From contig JBCCPQ010000001.1 in assembly GCA_039024825.1 (NCBI GenBank), positions 1-60,321 of the forward strand: 60,321 nt of DNA, written 5' to 3'. Each line of letters starts with the position of its first letter. The stretch's first letter is position 1. The notes under the pieces were generated by a model. That model saw nothing but the letters and a program-made list of their open reading frames with translations. It was not told where the DNA came from and ran no database searches. The stretch is from Pseudomonadota bacterium. GTDB taxonomy: Bacteria > Pseudomonadota > Alphaproteobacteria > Rhodobacterales > Rhodobacteraceae. The position numbers were made by a program, and so were the translations under genes. Positions 9,872 through 19,061 of the stretch are shown piece after piece.

Positions 9872-9939
9872 CGAATGTCCGGTTTGAAGGGCCGCACCGC
9901 AGCAAAACGGCTTGCGGTTGTAAGTCTGCTATGGGCCGT
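9872..9939 (+). repeat. 68-nt bipartite repeat, copy 4
   Basis: CGAATGTCCGGTTTGAAGGGCCGCACCGCAGCA...TAAGTCTGCTATGGGCCGT. Confidence 0.75.
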
Positions 9940-10006
9940 CACTACCGAAGCTTGCTCAAGACATCGAGTCACTCTAACGCTCGGCGCAGCGCATGGTTCG
10001 AACCCC

Positions 10007-10609
10007 TCATATAGATCTCAGTCGTCGTGACGCTCGCACTCCCAAGAAGGGCCTGCGGTATGCGGATGTCGATGTCCTCTTCGATGAGTAGCTTCGCGGC
10101 CGAGTGCCGGGTCAGGTGGAGTTCGATGCCGAGGCGTTTTGACGGAGCCCGGAGCCCTTTGCGGAAAGTTGCCGCGCGGAGCGGACACCCCTCTGTGTTG
10201 AGGAACAGCAGGGCTGCAACGGAGCCGTGCTCTGACGTATCTGAAAGTAACGTTGAAACTTCTCCTCCAGCTCACGGTTCGGCACGAAGACGATCCGTTT
10301 CTTGCTGCCTTTGCCGCGCGCGAGAATTTGGCCACAGTTCGGCGACAAGCTGCGGCCCTTTACATTAGTCAGCTCGCTGATCCGAAGCCCGGTCAGGTTC
10401 AGCAGCTTGATGATCAGGAGCGCCACGGAAATTGGCGAGGTCTGCGCCGCTTCGTCTGCGCCTGGCGACAGCCGATCGGTGAGCCAATGCACCTTGGTGA
10501 AGCGCGCGAAGGTGCGCAGATTCTTGGCGTAAGGCCGGAACGTGAGGTGCCCGAGGTTGCGCTCATCGCGGCGCGAACTGATGAAGGCGGTGGGATCGAA
10601 GCGGGACAT
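10007..10609 (-). pseudogene. XerC/D-like tyrosine recombinase, frameshifted and decayed
   Basis: TGLRISEL and RGKGSKKRIVFV in one frame, then HLTRHSAAKLLIEEDIDIRIPQALLG in another; left boundary approximate. Confidence 0.8.
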
Positions 10610-10738
10610 GCTGAACTCCCTTGTTTGAGTTCAGAAAACTCAACACGGGAGGATCATAGCGAGAAAATCACACTTGACCAAACGGTAACGATAGAGGAGC
10701 GGTATATCGCTCGCCTTCTCAGAAGCTCTGCGCCCCCA

Positions 10739-10785
10739 AGAGCGCACTTATGCAAAGCCGCGACCTGCGGTGACGAGATTTGCAT
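10739..10785 (-). other. Putative MOBQ-family oriT
   Basis: Minus strand ATAAGTGCGCTCT resembles the RSF1010/pTi nic core TAAGTGCG|CCCT; adjacent TGCAAA...TTTGCA inverted repeat; about 125 nt upstream of a MobA/MobL gene. Confidence 0.7.
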
Positions 10786-10908
10786 GACGAAGCTCTGATG
10801 ATTGCGACCAGAAAAGACGGCTGACCCGGTGCCCCATGTCGGGGCATTGGCCGGGGTCAGGAGCGGCGCGCGTCTGCATCGTTCGCATCAAGGAGCGGGG
10901 TAGGGCGG

Positions 10909-12204
10909 ATGGCCAGCTACCACCTCTCCGTGAAGACGATCAAACGCAGCGCCGGACGCTCCGCCACGGCGGCGGCAGCCTATCGTGTCGGGGAGCGCAT
11001 CGAGTGCCAGCGTGAAGGCCGTATCCACGATTACACCCGCAAGCAGGGTATCGAGGAGACCTTCATTCTGACCCCGAAGGACGCGCCGGACTGGGCACTG
11101 GACCGCTCGAAACTCTGGAACGAGGTCGAGGCCAGCGAGACCCGCCGCAACTCCGTCACCGCCCGCGAGTGGGAGCTGGCCCTGCCGTCAGAGATCAGCG
11201 CCGAGGACCGGTCGCAGATCACGCGCGACTTCGCTCAGGAGCTGGTCAGCCGCTATGGCGTAGCCGTCGATGTGGCGATCCACGCCCCGCACCGCGAGGG
11301 CGATCAGCGGAACCATCACGCCCACGTTCTGACCTCCACCCGCAAGCTGGAGGCGCAAGGGTTCACCGCCAAGACCCGCGTGCTCGATTCCGCCAAGACC
11401 GGCGGCGTCGAGATCGAGCAGATGCGCGGGGTCTGGGCCGATCTACAGAACCGCGCGCTGGAGCGGGCGGGGGAGGTGGAGCGGGTTGATCACCGCAGCC
11501 TTGAGGCGCAGCGCGAGGCGGCGCTGGAGCGGGGCGACGCGCTGACGGCCGAGGAGCTGGACCGCGATCCCGAGATGAAGCTGGGGCCAGCGGCGAACTC
11601 GATGGAACGCCGCGCAAAGGCGATGGCCGAGCGCCAGGGCCAGGAATACGTCCCTGTCACCGAGCGCGGGGCTGTCGTTCATGCGGCGCGCCAGGCCCGC
11701 GCCGCCTTCCGCGAGCTGCGAGAACGTCTGGACATCGCGCGGGAGACCTACGGGGCAGAGCGTGACGCGGGGCAGGGGCGTGTCTCGGCCGGTCTAGCCG
11801 CGCTCAGGGCGGCAGCCGCAAAAGAGCGCGGCGCGCGGGCCGGGCCGGAGGACATGCGGGAATGTCTGGCGCAGGTCGTGGGCCGGTCAGAGGACCGGGA
11901 CGACGCGGCGAAGCCGGAACGCCTCACATATGCGCAGAAGCGCCTGAAGGAGATCATGGAGAAGGATGCCGGGCGCGACGGGCAGGCGGCGGTTCATAAG
12001 TTGGACGGTCATAGCGATCCCGAGCTTGGCGAGGACGCCGGGCGCGAAGAGCGCAAGCCGTCTGTCAACCAGCGGCTGAAGGACGTTCTGAACAAGCCGC
12101 GCGAAAAGCTGGAGATCGAGGACGAGCGCGACCGGGAGAAGGATCAGGAGGTCGAGAAGGAGAACGACCGCGAGATTGATCGGGGGCCGACGCACGGGTT
12201 CTAG
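10909..12204 (+). CDS. mobA: MobA/MobL (MOBQ) relaxase
   Basis: MASYHLSVK...RSATAAAAYR, ELALP, AIHAP...NHHAH HUH motif, VDHRS; charged C-terminal tail. Confidence 0.93.
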   Translation: MASYHLSVKTIKRSAGRSATAAAAYRVGERIECQREGRIHDYTRKQGIEETFILTPKDAPDWALDRSKLWNEVEASETRRNSVTAREWELALPSEISAEDRSQITRDFAQELVSRYGVAVDVAIHAPHREGDQRNHHAHVLTSTRKLEAQGFTAKTRVLDSAKTGGVEIEQMRGVWADLQNRALERAGEVERVDHRSLEAQREAALERGDALTAEELDRDPEMKLGPAANSMERRAKAMAERQGQEYVPVTERGAVVHAARQARAAFRELRERLDIARETYGAERDAGQGRVSAGLAALRAAAAKERGARAGPEDMRECLAQVVGRSEDRDDAAKPERLTYAQKRLKEIMEKDAGRDGQAAVHKLDGHSDPELGEDAGREERKPSVNQRLKDVLNKPREKLEIEDERDREKDQEVEKENDREIDRGPTHGF

Positions 12205-12394
12205 CCGTCGCTGATCCTCCAATTTTCGGGACAATCTACCCCAGTTGGTGGACTGCTTTCAGCGGGCTAATCCAGCCAACATAGTTCGTAATCCCACCTC
12301 GGTTGATTTCATGAGTGTTTGCTTCGATACTGCTGAGAACTTGCACCTAGCTGTGATGCTTCCAAAGCCATAAGCCAGTATTCGGAGAAAAATT

Positions 12395-13543
12395 TTGTTA
12401 AGAAATTCAAGAGTTTTTTCAAACATTTTCTTCGTGGTACTTTTTAGTCTTCCGTTTGCCCATGGAGCATTCGCGCAGAACGATGTCCGTGACGCAGTAG
12501 TTCATTTGACCGTCCGATACCACGATATAGAGAATAAAGAGCTTTATTGCGACTACCAGCACGAAGGTAGCGCAGTCTTTATCGATGTGCTTGGTACACT
12601 GGCTACAGTTAGAGGTGTGCTAATACCTGACCAAAACTTGCTAGATGAATGCGGGTCTAAGAACGTGAGAGTTGTATTCGCCCGAAAAGGGGGAAGGGAC
12701 GGCGTAATGCTCGGCTCTTATCAGCCGTTTCCTTCGCTTTCCAACATTGTCGTTCTTTCCCCAAATTCTGAACTTGAGCCGATAATCCCCCCAACGTTTT
12801 GCGCTCAAACGGGTAGGTCTCGAGATACACTCACAGCTCTGGGCTACAGCATAGAAACTGTCGGGCTCGCGGATTCGCCTGTGCATATCTCAGGCAGCGC
12901 TAACGGTGAGCTGGGACGAGAAAATGTCATTTCTCCCTCCTTGAGGCCGGGCTATGCCGGAGGGCCTGTGGTGGACTCCGGTGGTTCGATCATTGGATTG
13001 ATCCAATCGTCGGAGTCGGACTCTCTTAAACGTGTTGTGCCAATACAGAGCGGTGTAAATGATCTTTCCCCGTTCGGCGTACAACTACGATCTTGTGCTA
13101 CTCGAGACGCGTGTGAACAAAAACAGCCGGAAATTGAATCTTGCGTTGCTAATGTTGTTGAGGAGTTTTCTGACCGTTCATTCGAGTCCGCAATAACATC
13201 AGTCAGATGCCCTGGTGGTGGCTGCTTATTTAAGAGCAGCGATTGCAACAGAAGACGTTCTACAGCGCTCTATCAAGCTCCAGGCGGTTGGGTGATAACT
13301 GAACATAGCTTTGACATACTAAGTGAAAATGAAGGTTCTGTAGGTCCAGTTCGAGTTGAACAAAATGACGACGGTGAAGCAGTAGTTCTTTCTAGGACAT
13401 TGCAATGCCACCCTTCATCCAGACCCGGTGCGGGGGGTGGATGGATTAGTGGGCGCTTCACAGGTATGCTTCGATATTTGCACATTGATCAGGAACGGGA
13501 GCAAGCAAGAATTATCTGCACGCAACAAATCTGCAGCCCTTAA
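12395..13543 (+). CDS. Secreted trypsin-like fold protein, probably catalytically inactive, with Cys-rich C-terminal domain
   Basis: Signal peptide AFA|Q; GSAVFI, LATVRGVL (His absent), PGYAGGPV (Ser replaced by Ala), IIGLI. Confidence 0.7.
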   Translation: MLRNSRVFSNIFFVVLFSLPFAHGAFAQNDVRDAVVHLTVRYHDIENKELYCDYQHEGSAVFIDVLGTLATVRGVLIPDQNLLDECGSKNVRVVFARKGGRDGVMLGSYQPFPSLSNIVVLSPNSELEPIIPPTFCAQTGRSRDTLTALGYSIETVGLADSPVHISGSANGELGRENVISPSLRPGYAGGPVVDSGGSIIGLIQSSESDSLKRVVPIQSGVNDLSPFGVQLRSCATRDACEQKQPEIESCVANVVEEFSDRSFESAITSVRCPGGGCLFKSSDCNRRRSTALYQAPGGWVITEHSFDILSENEGSVGPVRVEQNDDGEAVVLSRTLQCHPSSRPGAGGGWISGRFTGMLRYLHIDQEREQARIICTQQICSP

Positions 13544-13561
13544 ATTATTGGAGAAAATAGG

Positions 13562-15499
13562 ATGTTGGCTCATCTAATAAAGCACTCGATTTCAAAACTA
13601 TTTTCTTTACTCATACTTTCTTTATTTCTGAGTGCTGCTTCAGTGCATAGCGAGCCTAAGCTGCTTACATATGATGATGTTAAACGAATTTCCCCAGATG
13701 CCCGCCACGACTTGGTGCAAGAACTGGTTTCTAGGGAGAGTGAATTCGCGTCTGCCGGGATCAATACTCGTTTGCGAATGGCGCATTTTATCGCTCAGGT
13801 CATGACAGAGACTGGAGGGCTGGGCCGCATCGATGAGAACATGAATTACCGAACGGAAACTCTACTCCGCGTATTCAGTAGACGGGTAGTCTCAGAAGCA
13901 AAGGCCAGAGAGCTTGGAGCGCTACCTACGGCGAATGACGTCCGAGCCATGGCTGTTGCAAATTGGGTGTACCGCAATCGTTTGGGGAACGGACCTCCTT
14001 CATCAAATGATGGCTGGCGATATCGTGGTTCTGGATACATTCAACTTACGGGCAGAGATAACTTCCGCGCACGTGGTCTTGAGGTTGGCCTCCCATTGGA
14101 GGACCAGCCCGAGCTTGCTAGACAGCCAGCGGAAGGATTGCTCGCGGCAATAGCTTATTGGGATGCACGACGCATTATCGAAGCAGCTGATGACCATGAT
14201 CGCCTTCGAGTTCGCAAACTAGTCAATGGTCCTGCGGCACATGGCTATGCGCAATCGAAGATTTGGTTCAACCGTTCGTGGGTTCGCGTTTTTCGCGATA
14301 AGGAAGCTTTGGGCTTTGAGTTGGCGCAGTCAGTTAGCGGCCAAGAACTTGCAAATGAGCTAAGCACCGACACTGAAAGCACTCTTTTTGATGAAATTCT
14401 AAGCGAAGGTGGATATCTTCCGCCAGGGATGGAGTCAGGCGCTGAGCGCAGCGAAGCTCGAGCGGAAGCAATAAGGAGATTTCAACAGGAAAGGGATCTT
14501 CCGGTTACTGGCGTGCTTGATGAAGCAACCGAGAAGGCACTTCTTGATCCAATCGAGTGGCGATTTTTGGACGATAGCGAGAGTCGAAGCGTGCCAGAGA
14601 TTGGTGGCGAGGAAAGCTCCATCCGATTTGATCTTGGACGCCAAGACACTGACGCAGGAGAACTCGACTCATTTCAAGGTACTGGAGAGTTTGACGGTAG
14701 AATTGAGTTTTCGGATTCAGTTCGTGCAGTTGTAGGTTCTGCCCAGGCGATCTATGCACCGTATGAAGTACCATCTGTCACCCCGCCAGAAGAATTTATT
14801 CCGAAATCGGTCATCGAACCAGATGAGCGGATGCAGGTGACTGACACGACAACATTCCCCGCACGTGCAATTGTACAAATCCTGTTTGAGACTAGAAATG
14901 GAACAGAACACATCTGTTCTGGGGCAATGGTGTCTGAAAATACTGTCGTAACGGCTGCCCATTGCTTGCATTCGGGTACCTCAAGTGGGGCGGCGTATCG
15001 AAACTTCATCGTACTGCCGGGCCGAAACGGGCAAGTTGCACCATTTGGAGAGTGTCGTGGAACCCATTTCTTTGTTCTTGACGGTTGGATAAGAGCAAAC
15101 AATAGTCTTGATGCTCGTAACTTCGATCTTGGTGCGCTTAAATTGGATTGCGATATAGGTCAGAGTACAGGTTGGATGGGGGTGCGTGCCGTCGTAGATC
15201 AAGACTTAGGCATCGGAACTATTGTACATGGTTACGCCGCTGACAAAGCACCGTTTGGAGTGCAGTGGATTAGTGAAGACAGTCTTCGGATATTATGGGA
15301 AGCCAAGGGATTTTACCAGAATGATACCTTTGGCGGTACTAGTGGAGCTCCAGTATCAGAAAGTGGGACTCCAGATTTCTTAATCGGCGTGCACACCAAT
15401 GGTCTGCATGGCGATGAACCGTGGGCAAGCCACAACGCATTTACTCGTATTACACAAACCAGATTGGCGCTTATTGCTCAATGGATTGGAGAGCAATGA
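13562..15499 (+). CDS. Secreted GH19 lysozyme/chitinase + peptidoglycan-binding domain + V8-like serine protease fusion
   Basis: AHFIAQVMTETGG/ENMNY/YRGSGYIQLTGRDN/VNG (GH19); AIRRFQQERDLPVTGVLD (PG-binding); SVIEPDER, TAAHC, FDLG, DTFGGTSGAP, GVH (glutamyl endopeptidase-like). Confidence 0.88.
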   Translation: MLAHLIKHSISKLFSLLILSLFLSAASVHSEPKLLTYDDVKRISPDARHDLVQELVSRESEFASAGINTRLRMAHFIAQVMTETGGLGRIDENMNYRTETLLRVFSRRVVSEAKARELGALPTANDVRAMAVANWVYRNRLGNGPPSSNDGWRYRGSGYIQLTGRDNFRARGLEVGLPLEDQPELARQPAEGLLAAIAYWDARRIIEAADDHDRLRVRKLVNGPAAHGYAQSKIWFNRSWVRVFRDKEALGFELAQSVSGQELANELSTDTESTLFDEILSEGGYLPPGMESGAERSEARAEAIRRFQQERDLPVTGVLDEATEKALLDPIEWRFLDDSESRSVPEIGGEESSIRFDLGRQDTDAGELDSFQGTGEFDGRIEFSDSVRAVVGSAQAIYAPYEVPSVTPPEEFIPKSVIEPDERMQVTDTTTFPARAIVQILFETRNGTEHICSGAMVSENTVVTAAHCLHSGTSSGAAYRNFIVLPGRNGQVAPFGECRGTHFFVLDGWIRANNSLDARNFDLGALKLDCDIGQSTGWMGVRAVVDQDLGIGTIVHGYAADKAPFGVQWISEDSLRILWEAKGFYQNDTFGGTSGAPVSESGTPDFLIGVHTNGLHGDEPWASHNAFTRITQTRLALIAQWIGEQ

Positions 15500-16401
15500 A
15501 CCGTCTTATACATATATTCGGCGCACTCCTCTCAATGACATTATTCGTCGGTTTTCCGGTGTCAGCCCAGACTATGGAGGATGTTGTAGTTTTCATTGTT
15601 TGTGATCGACCAGATGGCAGACAAGAATATGGGTCGGGCATTATTGTCAGCCACGATGGCAAAGTTGTTACCGCATTGCATGTTGTTGAAGGAAACGACA
15701 ACTGTCGAGGTTCAATTGGATACAGAGATGAGGGGAATGCGAAGCCACTATTACCTCAACCGATCCCGCAACTCAACGTTGATGTTGCGGTCATGCGGTT
15801 TACAGATCAAAGACAATCGTATGACTACCTTGGGTATTGCGAGGTTCTCGATTGGATGAAGTGGCGCCCAATATTGGTTGCGGGGTTTCCAAATAAAACG
15901 GAATCGGGTGCGATCTCTGTTCGTCAAGGAATTCTCTCGACAGTTTCACCAACGTCTGAAGGTCTATTGGAAACTGATAGTTTGGTGGCAAAGGGTATGA
16001 GTGGCGGGCCTGTTTTGTCGAGCAACCGGGCAGGAATCATTGGTATTATTGTAGGAGCTAAACCGCAAAGAGAGGGTGGCATAGCTTACGAAGCGATTCT
16101 TCCGACATCATACTTTGCGGTGGCGCTAGGCCTTATCAAGGCGGAACGGGAATGCTACCACCGCGTTCGTCAGATAGAGTTATCGCCGGAGAACTCGACT
16201 TGGACTGCTGGATCAGCTGCTGTTATGACAGGCGTAAACAGCGAAGAGGCAGTCTGTTATCTGAGCTCTGTATCTGGTGTCTTCAATAGTTCAAACGACA
16301 AGATTTCGGTAGAAGTTGAGGAAGGTGAATACACCATTATTGGGTCCCAGAGTGAGGGAGGAGACCTGGAAGCGACTGTGAGTTGCTATTGGATAGAGTG
16401 A
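15496..16401 (+). CDS. Secreted trypsin-like serine protease
   Basis: Signal peptide; GSGII, VTALHVV, DVAV, GMSGGPV; ATGA overlap with the upstream gene. Confidence 0.85.
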   Translation: MNRLIHIFGALLSMTLFVGFPVSAQTMEDVVVFIVCDRPDGRQEYGSGIIVSHDGKVVTALHVVEGNDNCRGSIGYRDEGNAKPLLPQPIPQLNVDVAVMRFTDQRQSYDYLGYCEVLDWMKWRPILVAGFPNKTESGAISVRQGILSTVSPTSEGLLETDSLVAKGMSGGPVLSSNRAGIIGIIVGAKPQREGGIAYEAILPTSYFAVALGLIKAERECYHRVRQIELSPENSTWTAGSAAVMTGVNSEEAVCYLSSVSGVFNSSNDKISVEVEEGEYTIIGSQSEGGDLEATVSCYWIE

Positions 16402-16485
16402 CCTTTGGCACGCTCAAGGTGTATTGGACGGGTTCAGACGAAAGAGTTGGTGTCAGCTGGGCCCAACGCACCGTAGTTAGGGAAT

Positions 16486-16887
16486 TCACCACTCGGTTGA
16501 TTCGACGACCCGAACACTGAGCGAAATTCGGGATGAATCCCAACTAAGGCAACGAGATAGGCTCTTTGCTACTTGTACCGCAGAACTTCCGCGCTTGCCA
16601 GATTTAGCGAGGCAGTCTCCAGCTTGGTTCCGTAGGTCATCAAGATCAGATTTGCTTCCACCTTCAGCGAAGAGTTTCGCCGTGTATTTATGCTGAAGCA
16701 AATCAGTCGCATGACCGACGCAGGTCTTCCATGTGGTACGACCACACTTAAGACCATTGCACTTGAAGCCTGTCGTACTTGCCCATTTCGAGCAACGGAC
16801 ACGCGTCTCTGGTCCGCCCCACTGAGCTAGTAATTTCTCGGCTATCAGAGTTTCAGCCGCTGCGGGCAGGCTTAATGTGGAAATCAA
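16486..16887 (-). CDS. Small basic Cys-rich secreted protein (start uncertain)
   Basis: Signal-like FKTFSIVALISTLSLPAAA|E extends upstream of TTG 16887; six Cys, K/R-rich. Confidence 0.55.
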   Translation of the reverse strand: MISTLSLPAAAETLIAEKLLAQWGGPETRVRCSKWASTTGFKCNGLKCGRTTWKTCVGHATDLLQHKYTAKLFAEGGSKSDLDDLRNQAGDCLAKSGKRGSSAVQVAKSLSRCLSWDSSRISLSVRVVESTEW

Positions 16888-17515
16888 GGCGACTATGCTG
16901 AAAGTCTTAAATTCTTATCCAATCAATGCGAATACATTTACGGAGCTTGGCAAATTTGGTGATTCAGAACAATCTTTGTTGGTTCACTCGGACCTTTGTC
17001 TTTGATCCACGCACACACCGATTGGGTGACCTGTGGAGCATAATGCCAAAAACGGTCATTTTTGTCCGCTCGCAAGCATCTGAGCAGGATCAGTGGGTTG
17101 GACGTGACAGAACCCTGCAGCAGAACTTGTGAGGTTCTGGCACATTTTCGCCAGAGCGGCCTCCCTCTACGCGCTCTGACACGCGAATCGGTCGCGTGTC
17201 TCAGGCAGCGCAGGATCGAGCACCATCGGTTCGAAGCTCGCCGCCAGCTCGGCAGCGATGATAGGATCCTTATTGTCACTTTCGGTCGGGCTAAGCCGTC
17301 AGCCTTCTGAGAGACCGTCCTCTCCCTAACGCGCGTGTTCGGACTTTCTGAAAGTGAAAGCTGGCTTTGGGTCCGGTTGGATCTGGAGAGGGCGGGAAAG
17401 GGGTCTGGCGGGGTTCTGAAGGGATCGTGCTCTCCCGAGATGGGCCTGCTTCCCAAGACTGTCCTCCGATCCGCGCATGGTTGCCATGCGCTCCTTCAGA
17501 CATCGGAAACCTCTC

Positions 17516-18436
17516 ATGACCAAGTCCAAGCCAAGATTCGATGCCGCGGCATCGATCACTGACGAACTTGTCCGGATCATCGACCGGGGTGTGCTGCCCT
17601 GGCGCAAGCCTTGGACCGTCGGCGGCAGTTCAGTTCCGCTCAGGCAGACCGGCGAGCCATATCAGGGCATCAACAACTTCCTCCTGACCATGCGCACGCT
17701 GATGGCCGGGTACACTTCGCCCTACTGGATGACGCTCAGACAGGCGAATGAGCTCAACGCGAAAGTCATCAAGGGCTCGAAATCATCCACGGTCGTCTAT
17801 TACGGCCTCGCCGATCGTGGACGCGACAGGGTCGAGTACGACGACGAGGCGGAAACTGACGACCCCAAGAGCATACCCTTCATGACGTCCTACCGGGTCT
17901 TCAACGCGGACCAGATTGAAGGGCTCGACGCGAAATTCCATCCCGAGGCGCCAATGGCGGAGGCTTATCCCGGACACGCGCCGATCCCACACATGCAGGC
18001 CTTCTTCGAAGCCATCGACGCTGTAGTTAGTTTCGCGGGGCGCGAGGCCTGCTATGTCCCGACACTCGACAAAATCTACCTGCCCCCAATCGAACTCTTC
18101 GAAGACCCGCGCAACTTCTATGCGGTTTGGGGGCACGAGCTAGGTCATTGGACGAAACCCCGCCATCGGCTGAACCGCAGTTACGGCGACGCTCGGTTTG
18201 GGAACACAGCCTATGCCCGCGAGGAGATCGTGGCCGAGCTCTGCACGGTATTTCTGGGTCAGAAGCTGGGTTTCTCCGCGCATACGCTGGAGCTGAACGC
18301 GGCCTATATCGACAACTGGTTGCGCGTGCTTCGGTCGGACAAGCGGGCGATCTTCAAACATGCGGCCGATGCGCAGCGCGCCTGTGATTACCTCGTCGCC
18401 GCGTCGGAAGCGGGGCAAGGGGAAAGGGCTGCGTGA
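17516..18436 (+). CDS. ardC: ArdC antirestriction protein (ssDNA-binding + zincin-like domain)
   Basis: LPWRKPW, YQGIN, WMTLRQA, VFNADQ, HELGHWT, YAREEIVAE. Confidence 0.9.
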   Translation: MTKSKPRFDAAASITDELVRIIDRGVLPWRKPWTVGGSSVPLRQTGEPYQGINNFLLTMRTLMAGYTSPYWMTLRQANELNAKVIKGSKSSTVVYYGLADRGRDRVEYDDEAETDDPKSIPFMTSYRVFNADQIEGLDAKFHPEAPMAEAYPGHAPIPHMQAFFEAIDAVVSFAGREACYVPTLDKIYLPPIELFEDPRNFYAVWGHELGHWTKPRHRLNRSYGDARFGNTAYAREEIVAELCTVFLGQKLGFSAHTLELNAAYIDNWLRVLRSDKRAIFKHAADAQRACDYLVAASEAGQGERAA

Positions 18437-18526
18437 CGTCGGCCGCCGTTGATACGGAAATTGCCCACGAAAGGAAAAGCGGGCCTCGGGTCGGATGGTT
18501 TCCAATCATCCGGAAAGGACGGACCC

Positions 18527-18916
18527 ATGAACACCCCTGACCCCGCAGAGTTCTCCCCTCCCGATATTGTCGCCATCGCTGCGCAAAACGATGCCTTCCG
18601 TAGGTTTGCCTGCCTCGATATCGCTCCGGATCAGGCGATCCAGGGCCGTGTCGTCGTGACCCAATCTCTGATCGAAGCGGGAGATGACTTCGTAAAGGAA
18701 GCTGTTCAGGCTGTCGGCGCTTTCGACACGTTCGAGCCCGAGAACGACCCGGCGGGCTGGCATGATTTCGGGGCCGTCACGATCCGCAGTGAGCGCGTGT
18801 TCTGGAAGATCGATTTGTACGAGGCCGACTCCGACTTCCGCTACGGCGCGGAGACCCCCGAGAATCCCGAGACCACCATGCGCGTGCTCACCATCATGAT
18901 GGCACGCGACTGGTAA
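18527..18916 (+). CDS. DUF3768 protein
   Basis: IAAQNDAFR, FDTFEPENDPAGWHDFG, FWKIDLY, RVLTIM. Confidence 0.85.
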   Translation: MNTPDPAEFSPPDIVAIAAQNDAFRRFACLDIAPDQAIQGRVVVTQSLIEAGDDFVKEAVQAVGAFDTFEPENDPAGWHDFGAVTIRSERVFWKIDLYEADSDFRYGAETPENPETTMRVLTIMMARDW

Positions 18917-19061
18917 AGGCAGGGCGCACCTGCCGAGCAGTGAGGCCCGCTGACCCCGGAAGAGGGAAAGCGGGCCTTCTGTTCTTTTGATCCCCGGATC
19001 CGGGGATCGGTCATCCCGCTCGGACCTGACGGGCGTCACAGATCTCAAACAAGGACAGACC

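Noticed and set aside
707-9939. Classical integron or CRISPR
   Set aside because: No RYYYAAC/GTTRRRY attC ends recognised, the recombinase is too short for IntI, and the repeats are gene-spaced and divergent
13562-14300. Prophage lysis cassette
   Set aside because: GH19 has a signal peptide and a protease fusion; no holin, spanin or virion genes
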